From contig JBFWQY010000022.1 of assembly GCA_050249195.1 (NCBI GenBank), positions 18,720 to 82,719 of the forward strand: a stretch of DNA of 64,000 nt. Reading direction: 5' to 3'. The translations under genes and the position numbers were made by a program. A model generated the notes under the pieces. It had not been told where the DNA came from. It was given only the letters and a program-made list of their open reading frames with translations, and did no database searches. Shown here in pieces: positions 41,977-51,018 of the stretch (positions within the stretch are counted from its first letter, which is position 1; every line of letters begins with the position of its first letter). This DNA is from Bdellovibrionales bacterium. Its GTDB lineage: Bacteria > Bdellovibrionota > Bdellovibrionia > Bdellovibrionales > UBA1609.

Positions 41977-42360
41977 ATGTTTACAGCGGTCACTCATCAC
42001 ATTCATGTTGAAGTCCAGCCCTCGTATGTTCCCGAACAATCTGATCCGCGGCAAAATCATTATTTTTTCGCCTACCGCGTGCGGATTCGGAATAGTGGAG
42101 AGCGCCAGGTCCAGTTGCTGAGCCGGCATTGGATTATCAAAGATGCCTTCGGCAAGACCGAAGAAGTCATGGGCCCGGGAGTCGTTGGATTGCAACCTAC
42201 ACTAAAGCCCGGGGAGATTTTTGAATACTCCAGTTTCTGTCCGCTCAGCACACCTACCGGATCCATGCACGGAACGTACTTGATGCGGGACTCAGCCGGC
42301 ACTCAGATCGAAGTCGAGATCCCGCTCTTTATCCTTTCGGAACCTAGCCATTATCATTGA
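41977..42360 (+). CDS. apaG: ApaG family protein
   Basis: YFFAYRVRIRN, QLLSRHWII, GPGVVG.QP, YSSFCPL.TPTGSMHG.Y. Confidence 0.95.
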   Translation: MFTAVTHHIHVEVQPSYVPEQSDPRQNHYFFAYRVRIRNSGERQVQLLSRHWIIKDAFGKTEEVMGPGVVGLQPTLKPGEIFEYSSFCPLSTPTGSMHGTYLMRDSAGTQIEVEIPLFILSEPSHYH

Positions 42361-42947
42361 GCGGAATTGAAGTCTCGGGCACCGCCCTGAAGATCCTTTC
42401 TGTATCGGGGCATGTACTTGAGAATGTTGCCCTGAAGCACCGACTCGAACAAAAGAATCTCTCCCACATCGTAATCGCCGAAATATTTGCGGCCCCCGAG
42501 TTCGAGGAGTTTTCCCACAGCGATAGAATTGCGGAAGCGGGCCAACGTCAAATGGGGCCGGTAGTCGCGGCTCTCGGGCGGAAACCCTTCCGCCGCCAAA
42601 ATCTTTCCCAGATCTCGCTGCAAACGCAGGAATTCTTGATTCTCCTGAACACCCAACCACAACACACGGGCATGGGCGGGATCAGGAAACGCCCCGAGAC
42701 CTTGCAGCCGGAGGCGCAGCCCCTCCACTCCCGGGTTCCACGCCTCAAGAAGTCCCTGCACGCGTCGGCCCTGTTCCGAAGTGAGGGTGCCGAGAAAATG
42801 GACGGTGATGTGCCATAGGTTTGGAGGCGTCCAGCGAACCTCTTGCCTGCGGCCAGACATTGTGCGCTTCAGCTTGGTCATAAGCTGGTTGAGCTCCATA
42901 TTCTCTTGAAGGCCGTATGGCGCGACCGCGATAAACTGATGTCCCAT
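42354..42947 (-). CDS. thpR: RNA 2',3'-cyclic phosphodiesterase (2H family)
   Basis: HITVHFLG and PHLTLAR 2H motifs; GAFP...RVLW. Confidence 0.92.
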   Translation of the reverse strand: MGHQFIAVAPYGLQENMELNQLMTKLKRTMSGRRQEVRWTPPNLWHITVHFLGTLTSEQGRRVQGLLEAWNPGVEGLRLRLQGLGAFPDPAHARVLWLGVQENQEFLRLQRDLGKILAAEGFPPESRDYRPHLTLARFRNSIAVGKLLELGGRKYFGDYDVGEILLFESVLQGNILKYMPRYRKDLQGGARDFNSAQ

Positions 42948-43094
42948 GATTCACCTCCTGCGCCCAAGTGCCGGTGAAGTCAATGCCAAGTCGCGGGACA
43001 AATTTCTTGTGAAGCCACTCGTTCTGTAAGAAATTGTACGTCTTCAAGAAGAAATTGAATCCGGCATCGAGCGCGCAAGAAAAGGGAGGATCTG

Positions 43095-45767
43095 GTGATA
43101 CATCAAATCAAGCACGGGTTTCTTATTGGAATGTCCACTATCGCACTGGTCTCTTCTCTATCCGGCTGTAAATCTCTAGGCCTCAAGAGCGGCACCTCCA
43201 CCTCGGAGAATTCGTCGGATCTCACGCGCGCCGAGGCGGAGGAGCGCAAGGCGCGCATCGGCGGCGTGCATTATGATCTTCACGTGAATCTCAATTCAGA
43301 GGATACGACGTTTAGCGGCCGCAACGAGATCCGATTTGAGTTAAGGGAAGCTTCGAAACCGTTACGTCTCGACCATTACGAAGGCCGTGTGACAGCGCTG
43401 ATAGTTAACGGGACGCCCCTCCCCTTGGAGGCAAAAAAACCCTACTGGATTGAGCTCCCCGCGAGCGCTCTGAAAGAGGGGCCCAACACGGTAGTGGTGG
43501 AATACATCCAGCCCTACTCACGCCAAGGCGAAGGTTTGCATCGCTTTGTGGACCCACAGACAAAGGACGTGTTTCTTCATTCCCAATTCGAAACTTTTGA
43601 CGCCAATCGTTTTATGCCGGCCTTTGATCAACCGGACTTGAAGGCCACATTGAGTCTGCAGGTCGAGGCGCCGGCGAAGTGGGAGGTGATCTCAACCACG
43701 CCTGGTCACGCGGGAGGCGTGCAGAGTGGTCGCCGGCTGTGGACCTTTGAAAAAACGCCGGCTTTGGCCACCTATCTGTTTTCCCTTCATGCCGGACCCT
43801 ATCGCGTGTGGAAGGATCAGTACAAGGACATCCCCTTGCGCCTGTTCGCACGCCCCAGCATGGCCCGGTATGTTCGGGTTAAAGAATGGTTCCGGATCAC
43901 AAAGCAAGGCCTTGAGTATTTTAACACCTACTTTGACTATCCCTACCCGTTCAAAAAATACGATCAACTCTTTGTGCCGGAATTCAATGCGGGCGCCATG
44001 GAAAACGTCGGTGCGGTCACCTTTAACGAGAATTTCCTTGTACGCGGCGAAGTCACCCGCGATCAGCGTCGTCATGCGGCCGATGTGATCTTGCATGAAA
44101 TGGCGCATATGTGGTTCGGCGATATCGTGACCATGAAGTGGTGGAACGACCTTTGGCTCAATGAGAGTTTCGCCACGTTTATGGCCTCCAAGGCACTGGC
44201 CGAGGCCACGGAGTTCAAGGAGTCCTGGCAGGCGTTCTTCTCAGGCACCAAGAATTGGGCCTATTGGGAGGACGGGTTGGTCACCACGCACCCGATTGAA
44301 GCGGAAGTTCCGAGTGTTAAGGTGGCCTTTGCCAACTTCGACGGCATCACCTATGGCAAGGGGGCTTCCGTGCTGAAGCAGTTGAATGCCTATGTGGGTG
44401 CGACCGCCTTCCAAAAGGGAATTCAGGTCTATTTTAAGCGGCATGCGTTCGAGAACGCGGAACTCAAAGATTTTATCGCGGCCATTCAGACCGCCACCGA
44501 CCGCGATCTAAACGTATGGGCCGATCGTTGGCTCAAACAAAGCGGAACCGATAAGATCGCCGCCAAGTGGACCTGTGACGGCGGCAAGCTCGATAAAATT
44601 GAACTGATTACGACTCCGAGTGCAGGAGCTCAGTTCCGCCCCCAGAGTGTGAAGCTGGCTTTATTTGCCGCAAACAAGGGGCGACTCCAAAATCCAGATG
44701 TGATTCGCGTTCTCCTCACCAAAGAACAGGAAACCGTGAGCGGCAACTGGAACTGCCCGCAGTTCGTATACCCGAACTACGGTGATGAGGGTTATGTGTC
44801 GGTGAGCCTCGATCCCCAGAGCTTACTCTTTGCGCGAGCTTCGCTCCGCCAGATGCAAGATCCTCTCTTACGTTCTATGGTTTGGGATGATCTTTGGGAG
44901 ATGGTGCGCTCCACGGAGCTGCCACTTAAGGATTATGTTACCGTTGCCGAGAAACATTTCCCGGCTGAGACGGATGTGATTCTGCTCAACCAGATCGTGG
45001 AAACGATTTCGGGCCGCCGCAACGAGACGGGGACCGTGCTGCATTTCTGGCCGGAGACGGAAAGGTCACGTTCCGAACGTGCCCAGTTCGTCGCGAATAT
45101 TGAGCAGCAATACTTAAAACGATTTAAGTCCGCCCGGGCGGGCTCGGATGCCCAGAAGTTCTGGTTCGACACCTTTGTCAGCGTGGCGCGCACGCCCGAA
45201 GCCTTGAATCAAATTGCCGCCTGGTCACGTTCACCGCGCGTGGCTCCTGGCTTCCAACTGGATCTGGATCGTCAATGGAAATTGGCTCACCGCCTAGCAC
45301 GCTATGAACATAAAGATGCGGGGCGCGCGCTCGCGCAGGTGAAGCTGAAAGACACGACGGACCGAGGGCAGCGCTACGCTCTGGCCGTGGAAGCCGTGCA
45401 GCCGGAGCTTGAGATCAAGGAGAAATGGATTAACATTCTCAAACAACCCAAGCCCCCTCTCTCCTTCACGGAAGCCCGTTCGGTCTTGGACTCGCTCTTT
45501 CCTTTGGAGCAAACCCATTTGGCCCAGCATTTTGAGAAGGAGTACTACGCCTATTTGAGGGAGAATGGAAATTCGGAGAATGCGACAATGGTCCGAAGCA
45601 TAGCCTCACATTTGGCTCCGCTCAATTGCGCGCCGAAGTCATCGGATCATCTCAAGGCCTTTCTTAAAACCCACCGCGATTTTTCGCCGTCGGTGTTAAA
45701 GACGCTGAAGGTGAATCTTGAAGAGGATGAGCGCTGCCAGCGTGTGCGCGCCATGAGCGCACTTTAA
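43095..45767 (+). CDS. pepN: M1 aminopeptidase N, predicted lipoprotein
   Basis: Lipobox LSGC; FDQPDLKA, GAMEN, HEMAHMWFG, LWLNES, ITYGKGA. Confidence 0.93.
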   Translation: MIHQIKHGFLIGMSTIALVSSLSGCKSLGLKSGTSTSENSSDLTRAEAEERKARIGGVHYDLHVNLNSEDTTFSGRNEIRFELREASKPLRLDHYEGRVTALIVNGTPLPLEAKKPYWIELPASALKEGPNTVVVEYIQPYSRQGEGLHRFVDPQTKDVFLHSQFETFDANRFMPAFDQPDLKATLSLQVEAPAKWEVISTTPGHAGGVQSGRRLWTFEKTPALATYLFSLHAGPYRVWKDQYKDIPLRLFARPSMARYVRVKEWFRITKQGLEYFNTYFDYPYPFKKYDQLFVPEFNAGAMENVGAVTFNENFLVRGEVTRDQRRHAADVILHEMAHMWFGDIVTMKWWNDLWLNESFATFMASKALAEATEFKESWQAFFSGTKNWAYWEDGLVTTHPIEAEVPSVKVAFANFDGITYGKGASVLKQLNAYVGATAFQKGIQVYFKRHAFENAELKDFIAAIQTATDRDLNVWADRWLKQSGTDKIAAKWTCDGGKLDKIELITTPSAGAQFRPQSVKLALFAANKGRLQNPDVIRVLLTKEQETVSGNWNCPQFVYPNYGDEGYVSVSLDPQSLLFARASLRQMQDPLLRSMVWDDLWEMVRSTELPLKDYVTVAEKHFPAETDVILLNQIVETISGRRNETGTVLHFWPETERSRSERAQFVANIEQQYLKRFKSARAGSDAQKFWFDTFVSVARTPEALNQIAAWSRSPRVAPGFQLDLDRQWKLAHRLARYEHKDAGRALAQVKLKDTTDRGQRYALAVEAVQPELEIKEKWINILKQPKPPLSFTEARSVLDSLFPLEQTHLAQHFEKEYYAYLRENGNSENATMVRSIASHLAPLNCAPKSSDHLKAFLKTHRDFSPSVLKTLKVNLEEDERCQRVRAMSAL

Positions 45768-45773
45768 TGAGTT

Positions 45774-45900
45774 CTAGAACTCATTTCGAAACTCAAGATG
45801 CGAGGCGCGACCGAGGGCGGTGCGGAGGCGTACCCCGCGTACGCCGCACAAACCGCCCGACCAAGCAACGACGCAGATTGGGTTTTGAAATGAGTTCTAG
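45774..45900. mobile_element. 127-bp MITE-like element with ~23-bp terminal inverted repeats
   Basis: Left end CTAGAACTCATTTCGAAACTCAA; reverse complement of right end CTAGAACTCATTTCAAAACCCAA (2 mismatches); internal GGGCGGT..GGCGTAC..GTACGCC..ACCGCCC hairpin; between convergent stop codons. Confidence 0.75.
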
Positions 45901-47634
45901 CTAGGGAATGCAATCGCGGAGGAGCCCCTGATTGCATCGGCTGCGGTAACGCTGGCTGATGCGAGCCCAGATATTCACATCTGCGGACTGGATCTGGATA
46001 TTGCGGGGGTTTATCCCCGCCAAACTTCGCGCTGGATCCCTCCGCCCTCCCGGAAGGAAATCGGGTAGCGAAAACCCGCTATCATAGTCGGAGCCCCCAC
46101 CGCCTCCGTAGCCACTAAATCCGCTTGGTCCGCCAGGAGCCATGGTCATCCCGGCCGCCATTTGAGAGTAGCCGCCCGAGCGCTCGCCTTCAAACTCCAC
46201 TTTCTTTGCAGTCCCTGGAGGGGCGCTTCCTCCGCCGCCACCCCCACCGCCTAACGAAGCCGGTGCCGCCGCACCCGCACCGGGTATGGCACCACCACCG
46301 TTAGGCACAGTTCCCACCATCGCCGGCTGACTTTGAAACTGGGCCGTGGGTCCGGGTATTTCCTGCTGAAGGGCATCGGCGGTGTCGGCGACATTGAAAC
46401 TGCCTTCCGCCGACTGCGTGTCCAGCTGATCCGCGCCCGCCGAGGATTTATTGTACGACTCGACTTTGGTGGTGGCCGCCGGGGCACAGAATTCGAGATT
46501 GGGATTGGTCTGACACGTCTCCACCAATTCCGCAGGCAGAGGATAGGTTGGTTCCTCAGGTTCCGCCTGGCCCGTCAAAGCTTGGATCAGGCTGGGCGCC
46601 AGCATCGCCGCCACGCCGAGAAGCTGAGTCGCATCGAATCCGGATTGGGGCTGCGGGGGCGTCGTCCCACCTGGGGGCCGCGCTCCCGTTTCGGCGCCCG
46701 TGGCGCCCGTACCTGAACCGCCCGCCGCGGTCCGGGGGTCTCCCGGCTTACCCGCACCCGCGTTTTGCGGCTGGGTGCTACCAGCAGCGCCACTGGCCCC
46801 CGAGCAGCTCATGGCCTGACGAATGGCCTCCAACTCCGCGGCGACTCCGCGCGCGGAGGGGACCGGATGAAGATTCGCGCACCGGCTGACGATTTCCTTA
46901 AGTGGCTTGAGTTTTTCTTCGGCAACAGACCTGTCACAACTCGAGTTTCCGTTCGAGGCGCACAGATCCAGAATCTTCTGTGCGTACTGGCCGCATTGGA
47001 CGCGACAAATCTCCGCCCTCGCGACACACGCTCCGCCCTGCCCCGCCTGCACCTGCGCTCCGAGGTTATGCACCAGCTCCGACTGTTTACAGGCACCGTA
47101 GGTGGTTGCCTGTACCGGCTTCCCGGCGCCTGCGTTGGGACTCGCGTTGGTGTTGGCTGTCGCATTCAGTTCCCGACGCGTGGAGACCGCTTTCGTCGCA
47201 CCCTGAGAGAGAGCGCAGCCCGCCTCCCAACCATTTTCCTGCGTGCAACAAAGATTCGCTTTATCATGATGGTTCTGTTTGCAAAAGTTCAATGCCGACG
47301 TAATGACCGCGTCCAAGTTCTGCGTTGTTACAGGTCCACTGGGCAATGAAAAAGTCTGCGGGTTTCCGGTCGAAAGCCCATCGCACCCGGCTCGCACGCC
47401 CGACTCGCTACAAAAGACAGTTTTGGCCTCATTGCAAAGCAGGCCCCGAGCGCCCTCCGCAAGGCCCACCACACGCTCCTGACAAAAATCAATGATTTGT
47501 TGCGCGTTTTGATAGCGGTCAGGGGCGGCCGCGATGGCGCCTTGAGAGGTGAAAGCGGAGGTGAGAACTGTGGCAAGAGCACAGATTGTAAACAGGAGAC
47601 CGGTAACGAAAACCTGCATTTTTTTATTGTACAC
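45901..47634 (-). CDS. Secreted Cys/Gly-rich protein (paralog C)
   Basis: Signal peptide, Cys-rich N-terminal half, hydrophobic LLGVAAMLAPSLIQAL, C-terminus NIWARISQRYRSRCNQGLLRDC. Confidence 0.82.
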   Translation of the reverse strand: MYNKKMQVFVTGLLFTICALATVLTSAFTSQGAIAAAPDRYQNAQQIIDFCQERVVGLAEGARGLLCNEAKTVFCSESGVRAGCDGLSTGNPQTFSLPSGPVTTQNLDAVITSALNFCKQNHHDKANLCCTQENGWEAGCALSQGATKAVSTRRELNATANTNASPNAGAGKPVQATTYGACKQSELVHNLGAQVQAGQGGACVARAEICRVQCGQYAQKILDLCASNGNSSCDRSVAEEKLKPLKEIVSRCANLHPVPSARGVAAELEAIRQAMSCSGASGAAGSTQPQNAGAGKPGDPRTAAGGSGTGATGAETGARPPGGTTPPQPQSGFDATQLLGVAAMLAPSLIQALTGQAEPEEPTYPLPAELVETCQTNPNLEFCAPAATTKVESYNKSSAGADQLDTQSAEGSFNVADTADALQQEIPGPTAQFQSQPAMVGTVPNGGGAIPGAGAAAPASLGGGGGGGGSAPPGTAKKVEFEGERSGGYSQMAAGMTMAPGGPSGFSGYGGGGGSDYDSGFSLPDFLPGGRRDPARSLAGINPRNIQIQSADVNIWARISQRYRSRCNQGLLRDCIP

Positions 47635-47672
47635 GGAACCGAGATCCAGTCTGAAGCAGCCGCTTCACGCCT

Positions 47673-47687
47673 GTATCATTCCGAGAC
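47673..47687. promoter_or_regulatory. Imperfect GTATCA-TTC-CGAGAC palindrome upstream of paralog C
   Basis: 10 of 12 arm positions match GTCTCA-N3-TGAGAC; ~40 bp before the start; overlaps the upstream stop codon. Confidence 0.35.
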
Positions 47688-49100
47688 GTTCGGCCACGGC
47701 GGACAGTAGCCACGGGGTAAAGTGCTGAAGCGGGGGTAGTTTTCCCAGTACCGCGCCTCGAACTCTTCAATCAGGTCTGGTCGGGCAGCCGCTAGGTTCC
47801 GTCGTTCCTCCGGGTCCTTTTCCAAATCAAAAAGGAATCGCTCCCCATCCGCCACGCGCACGAAATACTTGTATTTGTTTTGATACCGGAGACCCCGGAC
47901 CGTGTTCGCGCAATCACGAGCGATGACATAATCGTCATGCAGTTCCTTCAGATCCTTTTTCAGGTCATCCAAATGTGCCGTTCGACGCAAGATCCGCCCA
48001 AGAAGCCGAGCCACAACGCCGTGGTGGATGGATTCGTTCACCACGATGCGCTCCCCGACCCGACCCGGAATTCGAATTGCCATCGGAACGCGAAGCTCCT
48101 GATCATAAACGGACTGTCCATGGGTCAACAGGCCGTGATCCATATGAGCCTCGCCATGATCTCCAACAAAAACCACGATTGTGTTGCGCTGCAAGTTCTT
48201 GTTGCCATAGAGGTTCAACATCGGCCCGAGAAGACGATCCAAATAGCGGGCGTTTCCACGATAGACCTTTTTGAAGAGCTCAAGATCTTGCTTGAACGAG
48301 GGACTGGATTCCCAGTCTTTTAGCAGCTCGGCGTTGGTCACCAGACCGGAGACCTTCACGCGATCGGCGGGCGAAGGACGAGGAATCCACTTCTTGACCT
48401 TGGGATGGGTCAATGCAATGTTCGGATTCAGGGTCAGCATCATCAAAAGAGGCAGCTTTTCGGGATAGCGTTCGGGATGAGTTGTGTATTCCCGCACCAG
48501 TTCCCTTTCATCCGCGTTCAAATAAAAGTCCCATTCGGAATCCGGATTAAACACATCAATCAATGGAAAATGCATGTACTTCAGATGGGCGGCTATAAAG
48601 AACGGGCGCGGGTCAGGATAGGTGATCATCTCCCTGGTGAGGTCATAATAATACCTGTACTGTTTTTCGAAGAGGGAATTGATAAAAAACTTTTCCTCGG
48701 GCTTGATCACGCTGCGGCGGAGTGGGATCCGAGTTGTGAAAAAATCCGCTGGCCAAATATTCAGCGGGCGGTAGCCGAGCTCCACCAATTCCTTGCCACG
48801 AATCGCAGCTGGAATAAAATCTTGAAGATTCGTCCACGGCGTGGGATTGAACGCATTCTGAAACACGTATGTGCTGTCTTTGAAAAACCGCTCAAGGTTG
48901 GGCAGGACGATCTCGCCCTCAAGTCCATACTGCTTGAGAAGACGCGTTTGAAGGCTGCACGTGGACACCACAAGCACGGCCGGCACCTTTGGAATCTCGC
49001 CGGCGCGATGGCGCAGAAACCACTTCACAAGGTAATAGTACACGGCCAGATTGAATCCAATGAGAAGGACGATAAGGAGGAGTCTGCGCCTGGAATTCAT
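47676..49100 (-). CDS. Membrane-anchored sulfatase-like (alkaline phosphatase superfamily) protein
   Basis: N-terminal TM, PFFIAAHLKYMHFP, YLDRLLG, GDHGE, HG..VY..ELRVPM, LFDLEKDPEE..NL. Confidence 0.88.
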   Translation of the reverse strand: MNSRRRLLLIVLLIGFNLAVYYYLVKWFLRHRAGEIPKVPAVLVVSTCSLQTRLLKQYGLEGEIVLPNLERFFKDSTYVFQNAFNPTPWTNLQDFIPAAIRGKELVELGYRPLNIWPADFFTTRIPLRRSVIKPEEKFFINSLFEKQYRYYYDLTREMITYPDPRPFFIAAHLKYMHFPLIDVFNPDSEWDFYLNADERELVREYTTHPERYPEKLPLLMMLTLNPNIALTHPKVKKWIPRPSPADRVKVSGLVTNAELLKDWESSPSFKQDLELFKKVYRGNARYLDRLLGPMLNLYGNKNLQRNTIVVFVGDHGEAHMDHGLLTHGQSVYDQELRVPMAIRIPGRVGERIVVNESIHHGVVARLLGRILRRTAHLDDLKKDLKELHDDYVIARDCANTVRGLRYQNKYKYFVRVADGERFLFDLEKDPEERRNLAAARPDLIEEFEARYWENYPRFSTLPRGYCPPWPNVSE

Positions 49101-49744
49101 TTCAGCGGAGACGGATCCACGATAAACAAGTCCTGAGCCAAATCACTTAACTCCTGAGCCACTTTCTGGAACTCCGAAGGCGTGCGGGCGGATGCTTTCT
49201 TAAAGACACGCGCTTCAATCACCATCGATGAAGGTGGATGGTAAAAATTCATGTAACTTGCCCAATACGCCACCTGATCCTTTGAGCAGGCACCGAATAA
49301 GCGGCGCGAGTTCGCACCCGCGACAAATCCCTCGACGTCAACGCCACCCTCTTTCACCTGAAAAGCCCGCGGCAGCAGCTGCTCGGAGCACTGAACCAAG
49401 CTCGTCACCTGACCTTCGTACGGATTCGTACGCGGTTTATACAAGGCGGCAACGTTCGTGCGTTCGATTGCCGCCATCTGCAAGGCCGTACGGCGCTCCG
49501 AAAAGCGAGTGCCTTTGATTGTGGCGCTGTACGTGTCGTTAGAAATATTCCAGGTGAAGCCACGGGACGTTTGGTGTTGAGGCGAGGTCGTGTCGGCTTT
49601 GAATCCCGTTTCCGGATTCAGCCTTAATCCCGGAATTGTGAATTCGGTGGCATGGGCCACGGAGAGTGAGATGAGGAGCATTCCGACGCCAAACAAACGA
49701 CTCAATGTCTGCATCTTTAAACGATAGCGAAAGATCTGGACCAC
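49097..49744 (-). CDS. Exported hypothetical protein
   Basis: Signal peptide ending AHA; NPYEGQVT...C and FGAC; 4-nt overlap with the sulfatase-like gene. Confidence 0.75.
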   Translation of the reverse strand: MVQIFRYRLKMQTLSRLFGVGMLLISLSVAHATEFTIPGLRLNPETGFKADTTSPQHQTSRGFTWNISNDTYSATIKGTRFSERRTALQMAAIERTNVAALYKPRTNPYEGQVTSLVQCSEQLLPRAFQVKEGGVDVEGFVAGANSRRLFGACSKDQVAYWASYMNFYHPPSSMVIEARVFKKASARTPSEFQKVAQELSDLAQDLFIVDPSPLK

Positions 49745-49764
49745 GTCTACATTTGAGGCCTTAT

Positions 49765-50466
49765 CTAGCGCGCGCGATCTCGCCCGCGCCCGCGCCGGCG
49801 CTCGCCACTACCACCGCCACTACCACCGCCACCGCTGCCATTGCCGATCTCGTTGCCGCTGCCTCCGCTCTCACTGCTTCCACCACCACCACCGCGGCGG
49901 CCGCCGCCGCCGAAGTTCTCGTGGATTCGATTCTCTCCGCCGCCTTTTTTGGATCTGCGGCGGCTGCGTCCCGAGCCCGATTCCGACGAAGAATCTGAGT
50001 CGGTCTCCATGATTCGGCCGTCAATCAAAAGAGGGAGTCCGGCGGCCGCACGTTCGGCAAGGCGACTCTGCAATTTAGGGCTGCTTCGGATCTTACAACA
50101 AAGATGAATCGCGGACTTCACGGATGAGGCTCTCCAGTCGGGATCCTCGTAAGGATTTTTCTTAAATCGACCGCCCTCAAGAGCCTGCATCTGCCGGTCC
50201 AGATCGAGACTGCGGCGCTCAAACTCGGCCAACACTCTTTTGACCCGGACCGTAAACGGAAAGAGCTTCCCTTCGAGCGCTTCCACTCGGCTCGGTAACC
50301 CTTCCTTAAGCGCTTTTGAATATTCGGATACGGGCTCCGACGAGCCCATGCGGTCCCGGATATACTGAGTTAATGCGGCTTGTTCTCCGTTCTGAGCAGC
50401 CCAGAGCGGCAGGCAGGAAATCAGCGGCACAATACATAAGATCTTAGCGGGACTTCTCACCGCCAC
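49765..50466 (-). CDS. Exported hypothetical protein with Gly/Ser/Arg-rich tail
   Basis: Signal peptide, helical core, then ~75 aa of G/S/R low complexity. Confidence 0.65.
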   Translation of the reverse strand: MAVRSPAKILCIVPLISCLPLWAAQNGEQAALTQYIRDRMGSSEPVSEYSKALKEGLPSRVEALEGKLFPFTVRVKRVLAEFERRSLDLDRQMQALEGGRFKKNPYEDPDWRASSVKSAIHLCCKIRSSPKLQSRLAERAAAGLPLLIDGRIMETDSDSSSESGSGRSRRRSKKGGGENRIHENFGGGGRRGGGGGSSESGGSGNEIGNGSGGGGSGGGSGERRRGRGRDRAR

Positions 50467-50941
50467 CTTTCGCGCCCTTCGAACCCTGTTCGCGTTTTAC
50501 TGAATCCCCCTGAGATTGCGGAGAACGCGGGGATTGAATGGTCACACCCGAACAGATGGCGGCCATATCACTGCGCAGGCGATTGACTTCCACCTGGCGT
50601 GTCGTTTCTAAAATTCGGAGTTGCTCCTGATACTGGCTGCCGGTGGCAGCTTCCACGCGCTGCCGTTTGGCCTCAATTTCGTCAGTCAACTGGCGGAATC
50701 GCTTGGTATCATTCAGCTGACCCTCCAGAGCCGCCACGCGACTGACAAGCTTGGGCATTTCACCGCACATGGCTTTCGCTTCCGCGGTGGTCTGTTGATC
50801 CACGTAGGTCTTAACTTCCGGAGATAAAGGGAGCGGGTTACACATGCTCGAACTCACACCTGGAATAAACCGCATGGACAGGTAAACCGAAACCGCGGTC
50901 AGGAGAACAACAAGTGAAACTTCAAGAGCGCCAATTCGCAA
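50444..50941 (-). CDS. Membrane-anchored coiled-coil hypothetical protein
   Basis: N-terminal TM, coiled coil bounded by Cys residues; GAGG RBS; overlaps the next gene. Confidence 0.7.
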   Translation of the reverse strand: MRIGALEVSLVVLLTAVSVYLSMRFIPGVSSSMCNPLPLSPEVKTYVDQQTTAEAKAMCGEMPKLVSRVAALEGQLNDTKRFRQLTDEIEAKRQRVEAATGSQYQEQLRILETTRQVEVNRLRSDMAAICSGVTIQSPRSPQSQGDSVKREQGSKGAKGGGEKSR

Positions 50942-51018
50942 GATCGATACCCTCGCGAGGTGAAGGATTCTTTTTCTATGCTGTCAAACGCGCGCCGCGA
51001 GCGCAACTCGACCTGGTC

